The position numbers and the translations under genes are program-made. This document shows, piece after piece, positions 18,673 through 29,155 of a stretch of DNA of 64,000 nucleotides (positions are counted from its first letter, which is position 1; the number at the start of each line of letters is the position of its first letter). This stretch comes from a virus (lineage: Duplodnaviria > Heunggongvirae > Uroviricota > Caudoviricetes). The notes under the pieces were generated by a model, which was not told the DNA's origin, searched no databases, and saw nothing but the letters and a program-made list of their open reading frames with translations. Location: the IMG/VR virus record IMGVR_UViG_3300030019_000007, one strand, 5' to 3'.

Positions 18673-19766
18673 TGTTTGAAAACATAGAACTTATCCCAAT
18701 TTTAGAAAGTGTTGAGAGAATTCAAATGGAAGATCCAGAATATTTTGCGTTAGAAGCAATAAGTAATAGTAAACTAGCACTTATTAATCCTGACCAAAAT
18801 GGGAGTCCACAGAAATTCTTTATGGAACGAAATAATTCGGAATCCAGTGCCTTAGAATTAGGATCAGCAGTTCATGCTTTGTTGCTTGAGAAAGGAAAGA
18901 ACTTTCTCTCGGAATTTGAGAAACCCAGCGGAAAGGTGGCTCTTCTTATTAAAACAGCTTATAATCTTAGTACTAGAGAGTCTAATCCATTAAATTATGA
19001 TGAGGCTCTTATGGTAGCATGTAAAACACATGATTACTACAGTACTAATCTAACTGAAAATAGAATAACCACACTAAAAGAAAAAGGTGCCGCTTATTTT
19101 GAATTTCTAAAAGAAGAGTCAAAACCAGGAATGGTGGTACTGACTACGGATCAAAGAGATAAATGTTTAAAGTGTGTAGGAGCTGTAATAGCTAATCCAC
19201 ATGCTCATGAACTACTATATCCAAAAGTATCTGAAACATTACTCTCTTTTGATGAGGATGTTATACTTATGGATGTAAAAGCTTTATTTAAAGATGAGGT
19301 ACTTTCAGAAGAAATTACTTTAAAAACTAAGGGAAAAATTGATAATTGGAGTATAAATCTTGAAACTAATACTATTATTATGAATGACCTAAAAACTACT
19401 GGTAAACCTTTGCAGTTCTTTCCAGGAAGATGGCAAGACGATAAGTACAAACCAGGAGAACAGATCTTTATAGAAGGTAGTTTTCAAAAGTATCACTATG
19501 ATAGACAATTAAGTTTCTATATGGCTATGCTTGTTGCATATTGCAATAAAGAATATGGTGAAAGAGCTTGGAATTTACGAATCAATATAGTAGCTGTGGA
19601 AACAATATATCCATATAGAGCACAAGTATTTAGACTAGGAGAACAATCCTTAAAACAAGGTATGGCAGAGTATAATGCTTTACTTAAAAGAGTTGCTTAC
19701 CACACTAAATATTCTTATTACAAAGTTCCTGAATTAGAAGGAATTGATGATTTTTTAATACCATGA
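18672..19766 (+). CDS. PD-(D/E)XK exonuclease (exonuclease VIII / DUF3799-like)
   Basis: ISNSKL, LGSAVHALLLE, KGKIDNW, NDLKTT, YDRQLSFY. Confidence 0.82.
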   Translation: MFENIELIPILESVERIQMEDPEYFALEAISNSKLALINPDQNGSPQKFFMERNNSESSALELGSAVHALLLEKGKNFLSEFEKPSGKVALLIKTAYNLSTRESNPLNYDEALMVACKTHDYYSTNLTENRITTLKEKGAAYFEFLKEESKPGMVVLTTDQRDKCLKCVGAVIANPHAHELLYPKVSETLLSFDEDVILMDVKALFKDEVLSEEITLKTKGKIDNWSINLETNTIIMNDLKTTGKPLQFFPGRWQDDKYKPGEQIFIEGSFQKYHYDRQLSFYMAMLVAYCNKEYGERAWNLRINIVAVETIYPYRAQVFRLGEQSLKQGMAEYNALLKRVAYHTKYSYYKVPELEGIDDFLIP

Positions 19767-20116
19767 AAATAGAGAGAATATCGTATGTAACTAATTTAGC
19801 AAAATTTTTGTTAAATTATGGTGTTATTATTGGAGTAGATAATAACCAAAGAATTAAGTTAACCATACTATTATGTAATATTACACAACAATTAAGGAAA
19901 AAAGATCCGAAAGTGTTAGTAATAGACTTATTAGAGAAAATTATTAAAGATAATGATGTAGGTGCAGGATTAGAAGAATTTCTAGTTAAAGTATCCTTTC
20001 AATGTGAGGCTTTATTAGCTGGAGATCAGGAACAATTTCCTGATTATGGATTAACAGAAACCAAAGAAAAAATAGATAAAATAAGGGAAATCGTAAATAA
20101 TTTTCTTCCATTTTAA
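19763..20116 (+). CDS. hypothetical protein
   Basis: ATGA-coupled ORF. Confidence 0.7.
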   Translation: MKIERISYVTNLAKFLLNYGVIIGVDNNQRIKLTILLCNITQQLRKKDPKVLVIDLLEKIIKDNDVGAGLEEFLVKVSFQCEALLAGDQEQFPDYGLTETKEKIDKIREIVNNFLPF

Positions 20117-20128
20117 ACATAAAATTAA

Positions 20129-20671
20129 ATGATAAATATTATATATGCCACTGGCATGCTATTAGATGAAGCCTTCAATGGTCAAGCTAATTATACAGTC
20201 GAAATCGACGCTACAGCCGCCTGGAAAAAAGTAGGAAAACCAGACGTATCAGAATTCGCATTAGAGTTCTTAAGAAAAAAAACTGCACTATCTGAAGGCT
20301 TAGGAGCTTTTATTATAGTGGAACCTGCTAAAAATAATACTCCTAAGAAACCTACAAAAGCAGAGAATATTGTGGGTGTTGGAACTCGTAAATGGAAAAC
20401 TGTTTACCAGTTTGTAGAATGTGCTGATAGTACAAAAACTCATGCATGTACAAGTGAAACAAAGGGTTCTGCTGTGAAAGCTGCAAAAGAATTTGTTTTA
20501 GGAACTGGTCTTGATGTTTTTGTAAGATTAAGTAAAGTTCTAGTTGAAGGAAATCAAGATGTTGCTGTAATTAAAGTACAGAAAGAAGTAAAAATTCCCG
20601 GTAGCTTTGTATTCTTTGGAGTAGAAGATACTGACGTCGCAGACCCTGATACTACTACAGTTAATGAGTAA
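20129..20671 (+). CDS. hypothetical protein
   Basis: 180 aa ORF. Confidence 0.75.
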   Translation: MINIIYATGMLLDEAFNGQANYTVEIDATAAWKKVGKPDVSEFALEFLRKKTALSEGLGAFIIVEPAKNNTPKKPTKAENIVGVGTRKWKTVYQFVECADSTKTHACTSETKGSAVKAAKEFVLGTGLDVFVRLSKVLVEGNQDVAVIKVQKEVKIPGSFVFFGVEDTDVADPDTTTVNE

Positions 20672-21287
20672 AATTAAAGCTTCCAAGAATTCAAGAGTAA
20701 TTGCAGAATGGAATAAAACCTGTTATAATAATAAGTTATATTCTTTAGAGCAACTTGAAGCTATTCAGTTAAATCCAGATGCTACTAAATTCGAGAAATT
20801 AGGCAAATTATCACCTTTATGGCCCAATTTAGAATTGTTTGGAAAAGATCATAAAATTGAGCCAAGAAACTGTACTAAATTAGTATATATGTTTTTAAAC
20901 TTAGATTATGAAGTAACTCCTTATAAAATTGCGGGTATAGAATTTCGTCATCCAATATTTTATATTGGAGAAGGGACTTTAGAAAGATGCCTAAGCCATA
21001 CAATTGTGACTAAGAAAGATTTAACACAAAGTGCTACTCTTTTAAAACAAATTATGCTTGACTTTAAATTAGGGGGTAAACCGATTGGTTTAGTGTTTGC
21101 AGCTGTTTCCACTAATGTGGATGGTGCTAAAGAAGTTGAGGCTGATTTAATTCAGACATTCTTCAATCTTCAACATTATACTAAAGGCATAGAATCTTTA
21201 CGTTATTGTCAAGGAATTCTAAATCAAAGAAGAGAAACAGCATGTGCTGGTAATATCTTTGAGAAAGGGGAACTTATAAATAAATGA
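20664..21287 (+). CDS. free-standing GIY-YIG-like (LEM-3-like) nuclease
   Basis: LVYMF...IFYIGEG..ERCLSH...EADLI...LNQ. Confidence 0.55.
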   Translation: MSKIKASKNSRVIAEWNKTCYNNKLYSLEQLEAIQLNPDATKFEKLGKLSPLWPNLELFGKDHKIEPRNCTKLVYMFLNLDYEVTPYKIAGIEFRHPIFYIGEGTLERCLSHTIVTKKDLTQSATLLKQIMLDFKLGGKPIGLVFAAVSTNVDGAKEVEADLIQTFFNLQHYTKGIESLRYCQGILNQRRETACAGNIFEKGELINK

Positions 21288-22033
21288 TTTATCAATTAGA
21301 CGAACTGCTAAAGGGCAAGTCTACAACAATCAAGGGTAAAAATTACTTTCAGACTGAAAAGTATGTGAGTCCTTTTATCGAAAAAATGTCTGCCTTTACA
21401 GACAAATTTGTCATTAATGCTATGTTACCCGCTCAGTTAACTACTGATCAAGCTGTTAAAGACATCACCTATAATAAGGTATGGGTACAAGCAATACTTC
21501 CTCCAGAAAATGCTGTGGAAGATCATGATGAAGTTATAGGGTTTATTTATGCCCTAGACGTAAGAAAACCTCTCTATAAAATATACAGAGGGTATCTAAA
21601 CCGGGCCTGCCTGAATCTTAGTGTGTTCGATCCCAAGTGGATAGAGGTACAGGAATTAGTAGCAGAGACACCGCTTAAATACAATATTAAAGAACTTCTA
21701 GAAATGGAAAGTACATTTGAGAGCGATATTAAGGCTCTTAAAACATCATTTTTAGACAGGTCTGAAGCTGTTAACCATTTAGGTAAATGGGTAGATGGCT
21801 GTCTTAGAAAATCACATAGTAATGCAATACACACTATAAAGCTATCCCCAGAGATTGCGATTTCAGCTTATAAGAGTATATTCATGGATGAAGAATCCAA
21901 ATATTATGTGCCAGAGGCAAAAGAAGTTTCTATGTTTAATGTATATAATGCTTTTACGCAGATAATTACAGACGACAAGAAAGAAATTATTAATCCTGCT
22001 GAAAGGACTTTATTAATTAATTCGATTTTATGA
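21284..22033 (+). CDS. hypothetical protein, possibly DUF932-like
   Basis: RGYLNRACLNL and FNVYNAFTQIIT resemble DUF932 motifs. Confidence 0.5.
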   Translation: MIYQLDELLKGKSTTIKGKNYFQTEKYVSPFIEKMSAFTDKFVINAMLPAQLTTDQAVKDITYNKVWVQAILPPENAVEDHDEVIGFIYALDVRKPLYKIYRGYLNRACLNLSVFDPKWIEVQELVAETPLKYNIKELLEMESTFESDIKALKTSFLDRSEAVNHLGKWVDGCLRKSHSNAIHTIKLSPEIAISAYKSIFMDEESKYYVPEAKEVSMFNVYNAFTQIITDDKKEIINPAERTLLINSIL

Positions 22034-22416
22034 ATTTGAATCAAGTATTTAAATATTTAGATAGTAATTTGTCTCCCGATAAAGGAGGTAAAGTACAGAT
22101 AAGTATTAACAAAGACACTAAAAAAGAGACTATTAGTATTTTTATCTTCAATAAAGAGATAAATTCATACTCTTATATCTTTGTGTTTACCAAAGAAAAC
22201 ATAGATAATATAGATACATTCAGTTCAGTCATTAAAAGTGGCTATAGCGGAATTGACTACAAACTAGGAATAGCCCTAGATGATGCTCTATATAATAGTA
22301 TAAAAGAAGCTGTAATAACTTCTGATGCTATCTATATGAAGTATTTAGAAGCCCAAATTGACGGTTTTGAAGAAGAAACTGTTCCAGTAATTGATGAGGT
22401 AGTTAATGCTGAGTAA
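22030..22416 (+). CDS. hypothetical protein
   Basis: ATGA-coupled ORF. Confidence 0.7.
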   Translation: MNLNQVFKYLDSNLSPDKGGKVQISINKDTKKETISIFIFNKEINSYSYIFVFTKENIDNIDTFSSVIKSGYSGIDYKLGIALDDALYNSIKEAVITSDAIYMKYLEAQIDGFEEETVPVIDEVVNAE

Positions 22417-24814
22417 ATTATCTGAAGAAATTTTTATTACAACTTACCAATACAAAGGTGAGGATATTCAAGGAATGTGGACTCGGGTAGCTAAAAAGCT
22501 ATCTGAGTCCGAAATTCTTTCTGAATTTACGTTTAAAGAATTTCAGTATGCATTAGAAGATTTTAAATTTATTCCTGGTGGAAGAATACTTTCTAATGCT
22601 GGAACAGATTACAAATCCACTAGTTATATTAATTGTTTTGTCTCTGGCTTTCGAGGAGAAGATCAGGATTCAATGGAAGGAATTCTAGCTGAATTAAGAA
22701 GACAAGCTTTAATATTAAAATCCGAGGGTGGTTATGGTTTTTGTGCTTCGGTTTTACGACCAAGAGGAACAATCATAAAAGGTATTGGAAGTGCAACTCC
22801 TGGAATGGTTAAGTTCTTAGAAATGTGGGATAAACAATCCCAAATCATTACTGAGGGCAGTGGCATGGAAAGTAAAGAAGGAAAAAAGAAAAACAGAAAA
22901 GGTGCTCAAATGGTAACTTCTTATGTTTGGCATCCTGATATTGAAGAGTTTATAACTGCTAAACAAACAGTAGGTAGACTAACTAAGTTCAATATGTCTG
23001 TCTTACTGACTGATAAATTTATGGAAGCCGTTGAGAGAGATCAATCTTGGAGTTTAATATTTCCTGATATTGAAGTAGATAAAGACTTTTATAAGAAAAC
23101 TTGGAATGGTGACATTGAAAAATGGATCTCTTCTGGAGGTACAGTTAGAGTTTATAAAACTTTACCTGCTCGTGAATTGTATGATCTCATTATGAAATCT
23201 ACCTATAATAGAGCTGAACCAGGCTGTTTATTTGTGGATACTATTAATAGGATGAATAATCTTACTAAGATTGAGATTATCAATGCAACTAACCCGTGTG
23301 GAGAACAACCTTTACCAATTGGTGGAGCTTGTTTACTAGGAAGTCTTAATGCTACACAATTTATTACACCTGATAGAACCGATTGGGATTACACTAGTTT
23401 AGCAAAAGTTATACCTTCTGTTGTAAGAATGTTAGATAATGTCATTGATGTTACCTATATGCCTCTTCCAGAACAGTATGAAGAAATTAAAAATAAGAGG
23501 AGAATTGGTATCGGTGTAACCGGTCTAGGCTCAGCTCTTATGATTATGCATGCTGAATATGGCGGAGAAAAGAGTAAACAATTAGTTAAAGATTATTTTG
23601 ATTTTGTTACTAATAAAATCTATCAAGCATCCGCATTATTGGCTAAAGAAAAAGGTGCATTTCCTTTATGGAATTATGAGAATTTCTTAGCTTCTAATTT
23701 CTGGAAAGGTGCCCTTAATGAAGAAACCATGACTCTTATTAAGATGTATGGTTTAAGAAACAGTCATTTAACTTCAGTACAACCAACCGGTAATACTGGA
23801 ATTTTGGCTAATAATATTTCTGGGGGATTTGAACCAGTCTTTATGACTGAATACCTTAGAACTCATGGTGTTGACTTCTTACCAGAAGGATTACCTACTC
23901 ATGATAAATGGGCTAGTACTCAAATGGAAGGAGATGTACTATTTAAAACTATTGTATTAGATGGTGTTATATATAAATGGTCTCAAACTGGAGGATATGT
24001 AAAAGAATCTTTAGTTGAGGATTATGCTGTGCATTATCTAAAATCCATTGGAGAATGGGATTCTACAGCTGATTGGTCTAAAACTACTGAACAACTGGGT
24101 GTTGATGCCCATTTAGATATCATGAAAATAGTGGCTACATATGTAGACGCTGCATTAAGCAAAACCATTAATTTACCAAACACATATCCTTATGAAGACT
24201 TCAAAAATCTTTATATTAATGCGTGGAAAACTGGTACTATTAAAGGATTAACAACTTATCGTGCAGGAACAATGTCCGCTGTTCTTAAGAAAGTTGATGA
24301 AGTAGTCACAATTACAGCTAAGAGACCAAAAGTATTACCTTGTGATATACATCACTTAAAAGCTTCTGGAGATGATTGGTTAGTAGTTGTAGGATTATTT
24401 AAAAATAAACCTTATGAAATCTTTGCTTTTAAAGAAATGGAAATCTCTTTAGGAAAGAATGTTAAGAAAGGTAACCTAGTAAAAGTAGGAAAGAATTATA
24501 ATTTAGAGACTGAATCAGTTACTATTAAAAATATTGCAAAGTATTTTGGTAGTGATGAGGAGCAGGCTTTAACAAGAATGATTTCTGTCTTAGGACTTAG
24601 ACAAAACATTGATCTTAACTTCATTGTGGATCAATTAGGTCAAGTCCCTACATCTGTAACTGCTTTTTGTAAAGCACTTACACGAACTCTTGCAAAATAT
24701 GCTGTTGAGAGTATTTTAGAGGAAACTTGCCCAGAATGTGGAAAGAAACTAATTCGTATAGAAGGATGTATTAAATGCTCCGATATTTCTTGCGGATATA
24801 ATAAATGTGGATAA
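22406..24814 (+). CDS. nrdJ: ribonucleotide reductase, class II (B12-dependent) with C-terminal TSCPD/zinc ribbon
   Basis: [48 protein letters not shown]-terminal CPECG...EGC..C; no nrdB nearby. Confidence 0.87.
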   Translation: MLSKLSEEIFITTYQYKGEDIQGMWTRVAKKLSESEILSEFTFKEFQYALEDFKFIPGGRILSNAGTDYKSTSYINCFVSGFRGEDQDSMEGILAELRRQALILKSEGGYGFCASVLRPRGTIIKGIGSATPGMVKFLEMWDKQSQIITEGSGMESKEGKKKNRKGAQMVTSYVWHPDIEEFITAKQTVGRLTKFNMSVLLTDKFMEAVERDQSWSLIFPDIEVDKDFYKKTWNGDIEKWISSGGTVRVYKTLPARELYDLIMKSTYNRAEPGCLFVDTINRMNNLTKIEIINATNPCGEQPLPIGGACLLGSLNATQFITPDRTDWDYTSLAKVIPSVVRMLDNVIDVTYMPLPEQYEEIKNKRRIGIGVTGLGSALMIMHAEYGGEKSKQLVKDYFDFVTNKIYQASALLAKEKGAFPLWNYENFLASNFWKGALNEETMTLIKMYGLRNSHLTSVQPTGNTGILANNISGGFEPVFMTEYLRTHGVDFLPEGLPTHDKWASTQMEGDVLFKTIVLDGVIYKWSQTGGYVKESLVEDYAVHYLKSIGEWDSTADWSKTTEQLGVDAHLDIMKIVATYVDAALSKTINLPNTYPYEDFKNLYINAWKTGTIKGLTTYRAGTMSAVLKKVDEVVTITAKRPKVLPCDIHHLKASGDDWLVVVGLFKNKPYEIFAFKEMEISLGKNVKKGNLVKVGKNYNLETESVTIKNIAKYFGSDEEQALTRMISVLGLRQNIDLNFIVDQLGQVPTSVTAFCKALTRTLAKYAVESILEETCPECGKKLIRIEGCIKCSDISCGYNKCG

Positions 24815-25253
24815 TATGAGAATAATAAATAATTCAAAATTTGATTTGCCCAAATACGAAACTAGATGGGCAGCTGGACTAGATATTAGAGCCAATATTG
24901 AGGAACCAATAATTCTCAATATGCTTGAGAGAGCTATTGTCCCTACAGGACTATTTCCAGAGGTTCCTAAGGGCTCTGAATTGCAGGTTAGACCTAGATC
25001 AGGTCTAGCTGCTAAACATGGTATAACAGTCTTAAATTCCCCAGGAACGATAGATGCTGATTATAGAGGAGAAATAAAAGTAATACTTGTAAATCTCTCA
25101 AAAGATCAGTTTACTATTAATCCAGGAGAACGCATAGCCCAGCTTGTTTGGGCTGAAGTAGGCTCTGTTGAATGGGAATCTGTAAAAGAGTTATCCATAA
25201 CTGACAGAGGTGCTGGAGGTTTAGGGCATACTGGAACTGATGGGCGCATTTAA
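24807..25253 (+). CDS. dut: trimeric dUTPase
   Basis: [38 protein letters not shown]. Confidence 0.95.
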   Translation: MDNMRIINNSKFDLPKYETRWAAGLDIRANIEEPIILNMLERAIVPTGLFPEVPKGSELQVRPRSGLAAKHGITVLNSPGTIDADYRGEIKVILVNLSKDQFTINPGERIAQLVWAEVGSVEWESVKELSITDRGAGGLGHTGTDGRI

Positions 25254-25467
25254 AGGAGAAGTAGTAGGAAATAGAGGTACTGTATCAAGATTAGGTTCTA
25301 AAAAATCTGGTATGCAGTCTTATCTTAATTCCTACAACTTAGTATGTCATACTACGATGTCTTATAATATAAAAGAAGACCTCGAAGAAATACACATTAA
25401 CATTTCAGAGTATGGTTCAGGTCGTACTCTGAAAGTTTTTGATTATAAACAAGAAAGAAAAGATTAA
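25240..25467 (+). CDS. hypothetical protein, paralog of 25470..25724
   Basis: [10 protein letters not shown]...[10 protein letters not shown]. Confidence 0.7.
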   Translation: MGAFKGEVVGNRGTVSRLGSKKSGMQSYLNSYNLVCHTTMSYNIKEDLEEIHINISEYGSGRTLKVFDYKQERKD

Positions 25468-25469
25468 AT

Positions 25470-25724
25470 ATGTTTCCAGATCCAATATTATATGGAACCG
25501 TTGACGGAAGTCATAATGAAATTACAAGGTCTGGTTCACGAAGATCAGGAATGACTACAACTATCCGTACGGATAAAATAGGTCCTGTAGATATAAAATG
25601 TGTTACTATTGCCACTTATGATAAAAGAAGAAATTTAATTGACTTTGTAGTAGTAGTTAGCGAAATCAAGACAGGGAAAGTACTTAAAACCCTTTCCTAT
25701 CAAAGTAATGAAAATGACGTTTGA
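25470..25724 (+). CDS. hypothetical protein, paralog of 25240..25467
   Basis: TRSGSRRSGM...SEIKTGKVLK. Confidence 0.7.
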   Translation: MFPDPILYGTVDGSHNEITRSGSRRSGMTTTIRTDKIGPVDIKCVTIATYDKRRNLIDFVVVVSEIKTGKVLKTLSYQSNENDV

Positions 25725-26650
25725 AATATGTTGACCCAAAATTTGAGTTAATTAAACTCCCAATCCTTGACAAGATAGAACTTGCCGGAAGAGTTTGTTA
25801 TCAGTCCGAAGATAAAATAAAAGAAGGAACAGATATTACTTTTATCAAAAGTATTTGTAAAAGAGGTCATACGAGTGTATTAGAACATAGTGGAATTTAT
25901 TTTACTATGGAGTTAGGAACAAGTATAAATTTAAGAAATGTTCTTCGAGAAATTGAAGATGAACATCTTATTGATTTGTTACCTTTTATTAAATTTAAAA
26001 AGCCTAGGTCTGGTAGACAAGTAATTGTTTCTACTAACTTAAGACTTTTACATACTTTATTATCACATACTGCTTATATAATTATTAGAAATTTTCTATT
26101 TGCAATTTTAGAAAAATTTCCAGAATTACATCCATTTTTACAATTTGAAAGAATCGCTTATGATGATCATATTCCTATACATATTATACGTATTGAGGAT
26201 GCTGGAGAGTTAAATATTGAGACTTTTAATATAGTATGTGACAGAGCTATTCAGAATGAACTAGTTAGACATAGAACAATGTCTTTCTCAGTTGAATCTA
26301 CACGATATTGTAATTATAGTAAGGATGCATTTAACAGTGAGATCTCTATAATTACACCAGAAACAATGAGAGAAAATTCTTTACAAGAATTAATCTATCA
26401 TGAAGGAGTACAAGCAGCTGAAGAAAACTACTTCAAATTATTAGCTGCAGGAAATACAGCACAAATCGCTAGAAAAGTATTACCTCTCGGATTAAAAACA
26501 GAGTTTTACATGAGTGGGTATGTATTCAATTGGAATAAAGTGTTCAAGCTAAGAAGTGTCAGCGGAGCACACCCAGAAGTGAGAGTTATCTCACAGGGCA
26601 TAAATCAGGCACTAAACAATAAATATGGAGACTTAGTTCCCATAGTTTAA
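25721..26650 (+). CDS. thyX: flavin-dependent thymidylate synthase
   Basis: GHTSVLEH, NELVRHRTMSFSVESTRY, ARKVLP. Confidence 0.93.
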   Translation: MKYVDPKFELIKLPILDKIELAGRVCYQSEDKIKEGTDITFIKSICKRGHTSVLEHSGIYFTMELGTSINLRNVLREIEDEHLIDLLPFIKFKKPRSGRQVIVSTNLRLLHTLLSHTAYIIIRNFLFAILEKFPELHPFLQFERIAYDDHIPIHIIRIEDAGELNIETFNIVCDRAIQNELVRHRTMSFSVESTRYCNYSKDAFNSEISIITPETMRENSLQELIYHEGVQAAEENYFKLLAAGNTAQIARKVLPLGLKTEFYMSGYVFNWNKVFKLRSVSGAHPEVRVISQGINQALNNKYGDLVPIV

Positions 26651-26665
26651 AAAATATAAAAGATC

Positions 26666-27127
26666 ATGGAACAACAATCAGTATTCGTAAAAGAATTCTC
26701 AATCACAGATGAATTGGGAACTGAACACAAAGCAATTTTAGCAGCAGTGTTGAATGTATCTAAATACGTTGAAACATTTGAGGATGTCAAATACAGTTCA
26801 GCAAAGGGTAAGGATTCCCGCACAGTCACTTCTTGGCAAGAAAAGAAAGTGTTTAAGACACTATCTTTAGGTTTAGCTATCTCTAATCCAGTTGATATCT
26901 ACAATTACGATAAAGGCCTAGGAATGGCAACAGGCAGGGCACTTAAACCCTCAAAACAATTATTAGAAATTGACACTGAATCTAGAGGTGCCCTTGGAAA
27001 AGAAATGATTGAGGCCATCTTAGAACAACAGATGAATTTCATCAAAAAGAATTACAGTTTATTCTTAGTAATTACTAATAAACCGGTTGTTGCCAAACAA
27101 ACAACAGGTTCAAATCAAGAACATTAA
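26666..27127 (+). CDS. hypothetical protein
   Basis: 153 aa ORF followed by a terminator. Confidence 0.75.
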   Translation: MEQQSVFVKEFSITDELGTEHKAILAAVLNVSKYVETFEDVKYSSAKGKDSRTVTSWQEKKVFKTLSLGLAISNPVDIYNYDKGLGMATGRALKPSKQLLEIDTESRGALGKEMIEAILEQQMNFIKKNYSLFLVITNKPVVAKQTTGSNQEH

Positions 27128-27147
27128 TTACCAAAGTTTCCACTATT

Positions 27148-27182
27148 AATAGCGAGTTGGGAAACCAATTCGCTATTTTTTT
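27148..27182 (+). terminator. intrinsic terminator
   Basis: AATAGCGAGTTGG-GAAA-CCAATTCGCTATTTTTTT. Confidence 0.85.
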
Positions 27183-27193
27183 AAATCAAATTT

Positions 27194-27688
27194 ATGGCAA
27201 AGAAAGCAGTCGCAACAGTTAACTCCAATGGAACAGTGAGTTTTAATAATTCTGTAGGAATAACAACAAATAATACTACTGTTGTTCCTATGAATATGAG
27301 CCCTAATATTACAAGTAGTAACACCCCAGCGGCATCTACATATCTTTTCCCTTCGGGAATTGGATCTAGTAATGTTGCTCAAAAAATAGCTTCAACTCAT
27401 ACTTGGCCTAAAAGGCATACTCATAGATGTGGTGTTTACCATCATAATATTATGAAGATGCATCAAAAATTTACTACTATAGAAATGGAAATAAATCTTC
27501 ATAAAAAAGATCCAAAGGTTCATTTAAAATATTGGTCAAATCATGAAATAGAAGTATTTATGAGAATTAAAAAAGACTTAGAAGATCTATATAATAATAG
27601 ATTTATTGAGTACACGAAAATGATTGCCGAGGAAAAAGGATATGATGTACCTAATCTTGAGAGTACTACTAAATTTAAATTGAAATGA
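27194..27688 (+). CDS. hypothetical protein with a WPKRHxHRCGV domain and a low-complexity N-terminus
   Basis: TWPKRHTHRCGVY...YWSNHEI...DLYNNRFI. Confidence 0.7.
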   Translation: MAKKAVATVNSNGTVSFNNSVGITTNNTTVVPMNMSPNITSSNTPAASTYLFPSGIGSSNVAQKIASTHTWPKRHTHRCGVYHHNIMKMHQKFTTIEMEINLHKKDPKVHLKYWSNHEIEVFMRIKKDLEDLYNNRFIEYTKMIAEEKGYDVPNLESTTKFKLK

Positions 27689-28005
27689 GTTGGCCTAAAA
27701 GACATTTACATAGATGTGGGGTATTCTGGCAAATGAATAATGCCTTAAGCATGTGTAAACGAGTTAATAATGATGCCTACTGGGGAGCATTCCAACAAAT
27801 TGCAAATCCTCAGATGGCTAATTCTGGAATTGCTGTATTTAAAGCTAATGCTAGGGTTACTGCACCACTTGGTGTAACATATTGGACACCTCATGAAATA
27901 TCAGAATTTGCTATCATTGAGGAAAAGCTTAGAGATTTATATCAAAATAGGTATATAGCTTATAGAGAAATGGTTAAAGAAGAGTATAAAAATAAACATA
28001 ATTAA
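27685..28005 (+). CDS. hypothetical protein, paralog of the preceding gene
   Basis: SWPKRHLHRCGVF...YWTPHEI...DLYQNRYI. Confidence 0.72.
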   Translation: MSWPKRHLHRCGVFWQMNNALSMCKRVNNDAYWGAFQQIANPQMANSGIAVFKANARVTAPLGVTYWTPHEISEFAIIEEKLRDLYQNRYIAYREMVKEEYKNKHN

Positions 28006-28006
28006 A

Positions 28007-29155
28007 ATGAACCAGATAATAACAAGTTTCATAGACAATGACGTGTACAAGTTTACAATGTTGAATGCAGTACTAAAAACTTACCCTGGTAGACAGGTTG
28101 AGTACACCTTTCATAATAGAGATGGTAGAATAATCTCTGAAGAAGTAAGTGGAGAAATTCGTAATCAAGTAAGACTGATGTCTACTGTGAAACTAACTCA
28201 AGTAGAAGAAATTTACTTAAGAAAGAAGTTTCCAATGTTTGATGAGGAATTTTTTGAATTTATCAAAAATTATAGATTTGATCCTTTCGATGTTACTATT
28301 ACAGGGTTACATGGAGATTTTAGTGTAACTTATAAAGGTTTATGGGAAAATACTATTTTATGGGAAGTTCCATTAATGGGTATAATTTCAGAGACTTACT
28401 TTGGGATTAATCACCCAAATACCAGTTTAAGTCAATTTAAAACTAATACTGCGGAAAAAGGAAAATTAATTTTTAGTGAAAAACTAGAAGTAATTGAATT
28501 TGGCACAAGAAGAAGATTTTCTAAATTAACTCAATCGTTAGCTATAAGTATCTTAAAAATGAATAAAGCTATTGTTGGGACAAGCAACATGTACTTTGGT
28601 ATGATTCATAATCTTGATGTTAAAGGTACTACTGCTCATGAATGGACTATGGCTCATGGTGCTATGTTTGGGTATAAAGATGCTAATAATAAAGCATTAC
28701 GTGCTTGGCAAAAAGTTTATGGCACCAGTTTAAATGTGGCTTTAACTGACACGTACTCCTCAAAAGTTTTCTTTGAAGGCTTTAATAAAGAGGATGCTAT
28801 TTCAGTTAGTGGATTACGACAAGATAGTGGTAATCCTATAGAATACACTGACTTAGCTTTACAATACTATAAGGATAAAAACATTCCTAGTAGAAATAAA
28901 ACTATTATGTATAGTGATTCTTTAAATATAGAGAAAGCTATTATAATTAAAAAGCATAGACCTGATGAAAATCATAAAGTCTATGGTATAGGAACTTATT
29001 TTACCAATGATATTGAAGGGATTAAACCTTTAAATATTGTTATTAAAATGTCTTCATTTGAGGGGAAACCCACAGTTAAAATATCTGATGATCTAGGTAA
29101 AAATACCGGTGATTCTCAGGAAATACTAACATGTAAAAAAGAATTAAATTTATGA
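28007..29155 (+). CDS. pncB: nicotinate phosphoribosyltransferase
   Basis: DNDVYKFTM, EFGTRRRFS, GTTAHEW (phospho-His), LTDTY, RQDSG, GIGTYFTND, KISDD. Confidence 0.92.
   Translation: MNQIITSFIDNDVYKFTMLNAVLKTYPGRQVEYTFHNRDGRIISEEVSGEIRNQVRLMSTVKLTQVEEIYLRKKFPMFDEEFFEFIKNYRFDPFDVTITGLHGDFSVTYKGLWENTILWEVPLMGIISETYFGINHPNTSLSQFKTNTAEKGKLIFSEKLEVIEFGTRRRFSKLTQSLAISILKMNKAIVGTSNMYFGMIHNLDVKGTTAHEWTMAHGAMFGYKDANNKALRAWQKVYGTSLNVALTDTYSSKVFFEGFNKEDAISVSGLRQDSGNPIEYTDLALQYYKDKNIPSRNKTIMYSDSLNIEKAIIIKKHRPDENHKVYGIGTYFTNDIEGIKPLNIVIKMSSFEGKPTVKISDDLGKNTGDSQEILTCKKELNL

Noticed and set aside
7385-24814. Inteins in DnaB, PolA or RNR
   Set aside because: Protein lengths are normal, with no C/S...HN-C/S/T junctions or LAGLIDADG blocks seen
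28007-29155. NAMPT (NadV), i.e. the known NARP2 pathway
   Set aside because: Motifs (DxYKFTM, EFGTRRR, AHEW, RQDSG, KISDD) are PncB-type, and the partner is NadE rather than an NMNAT
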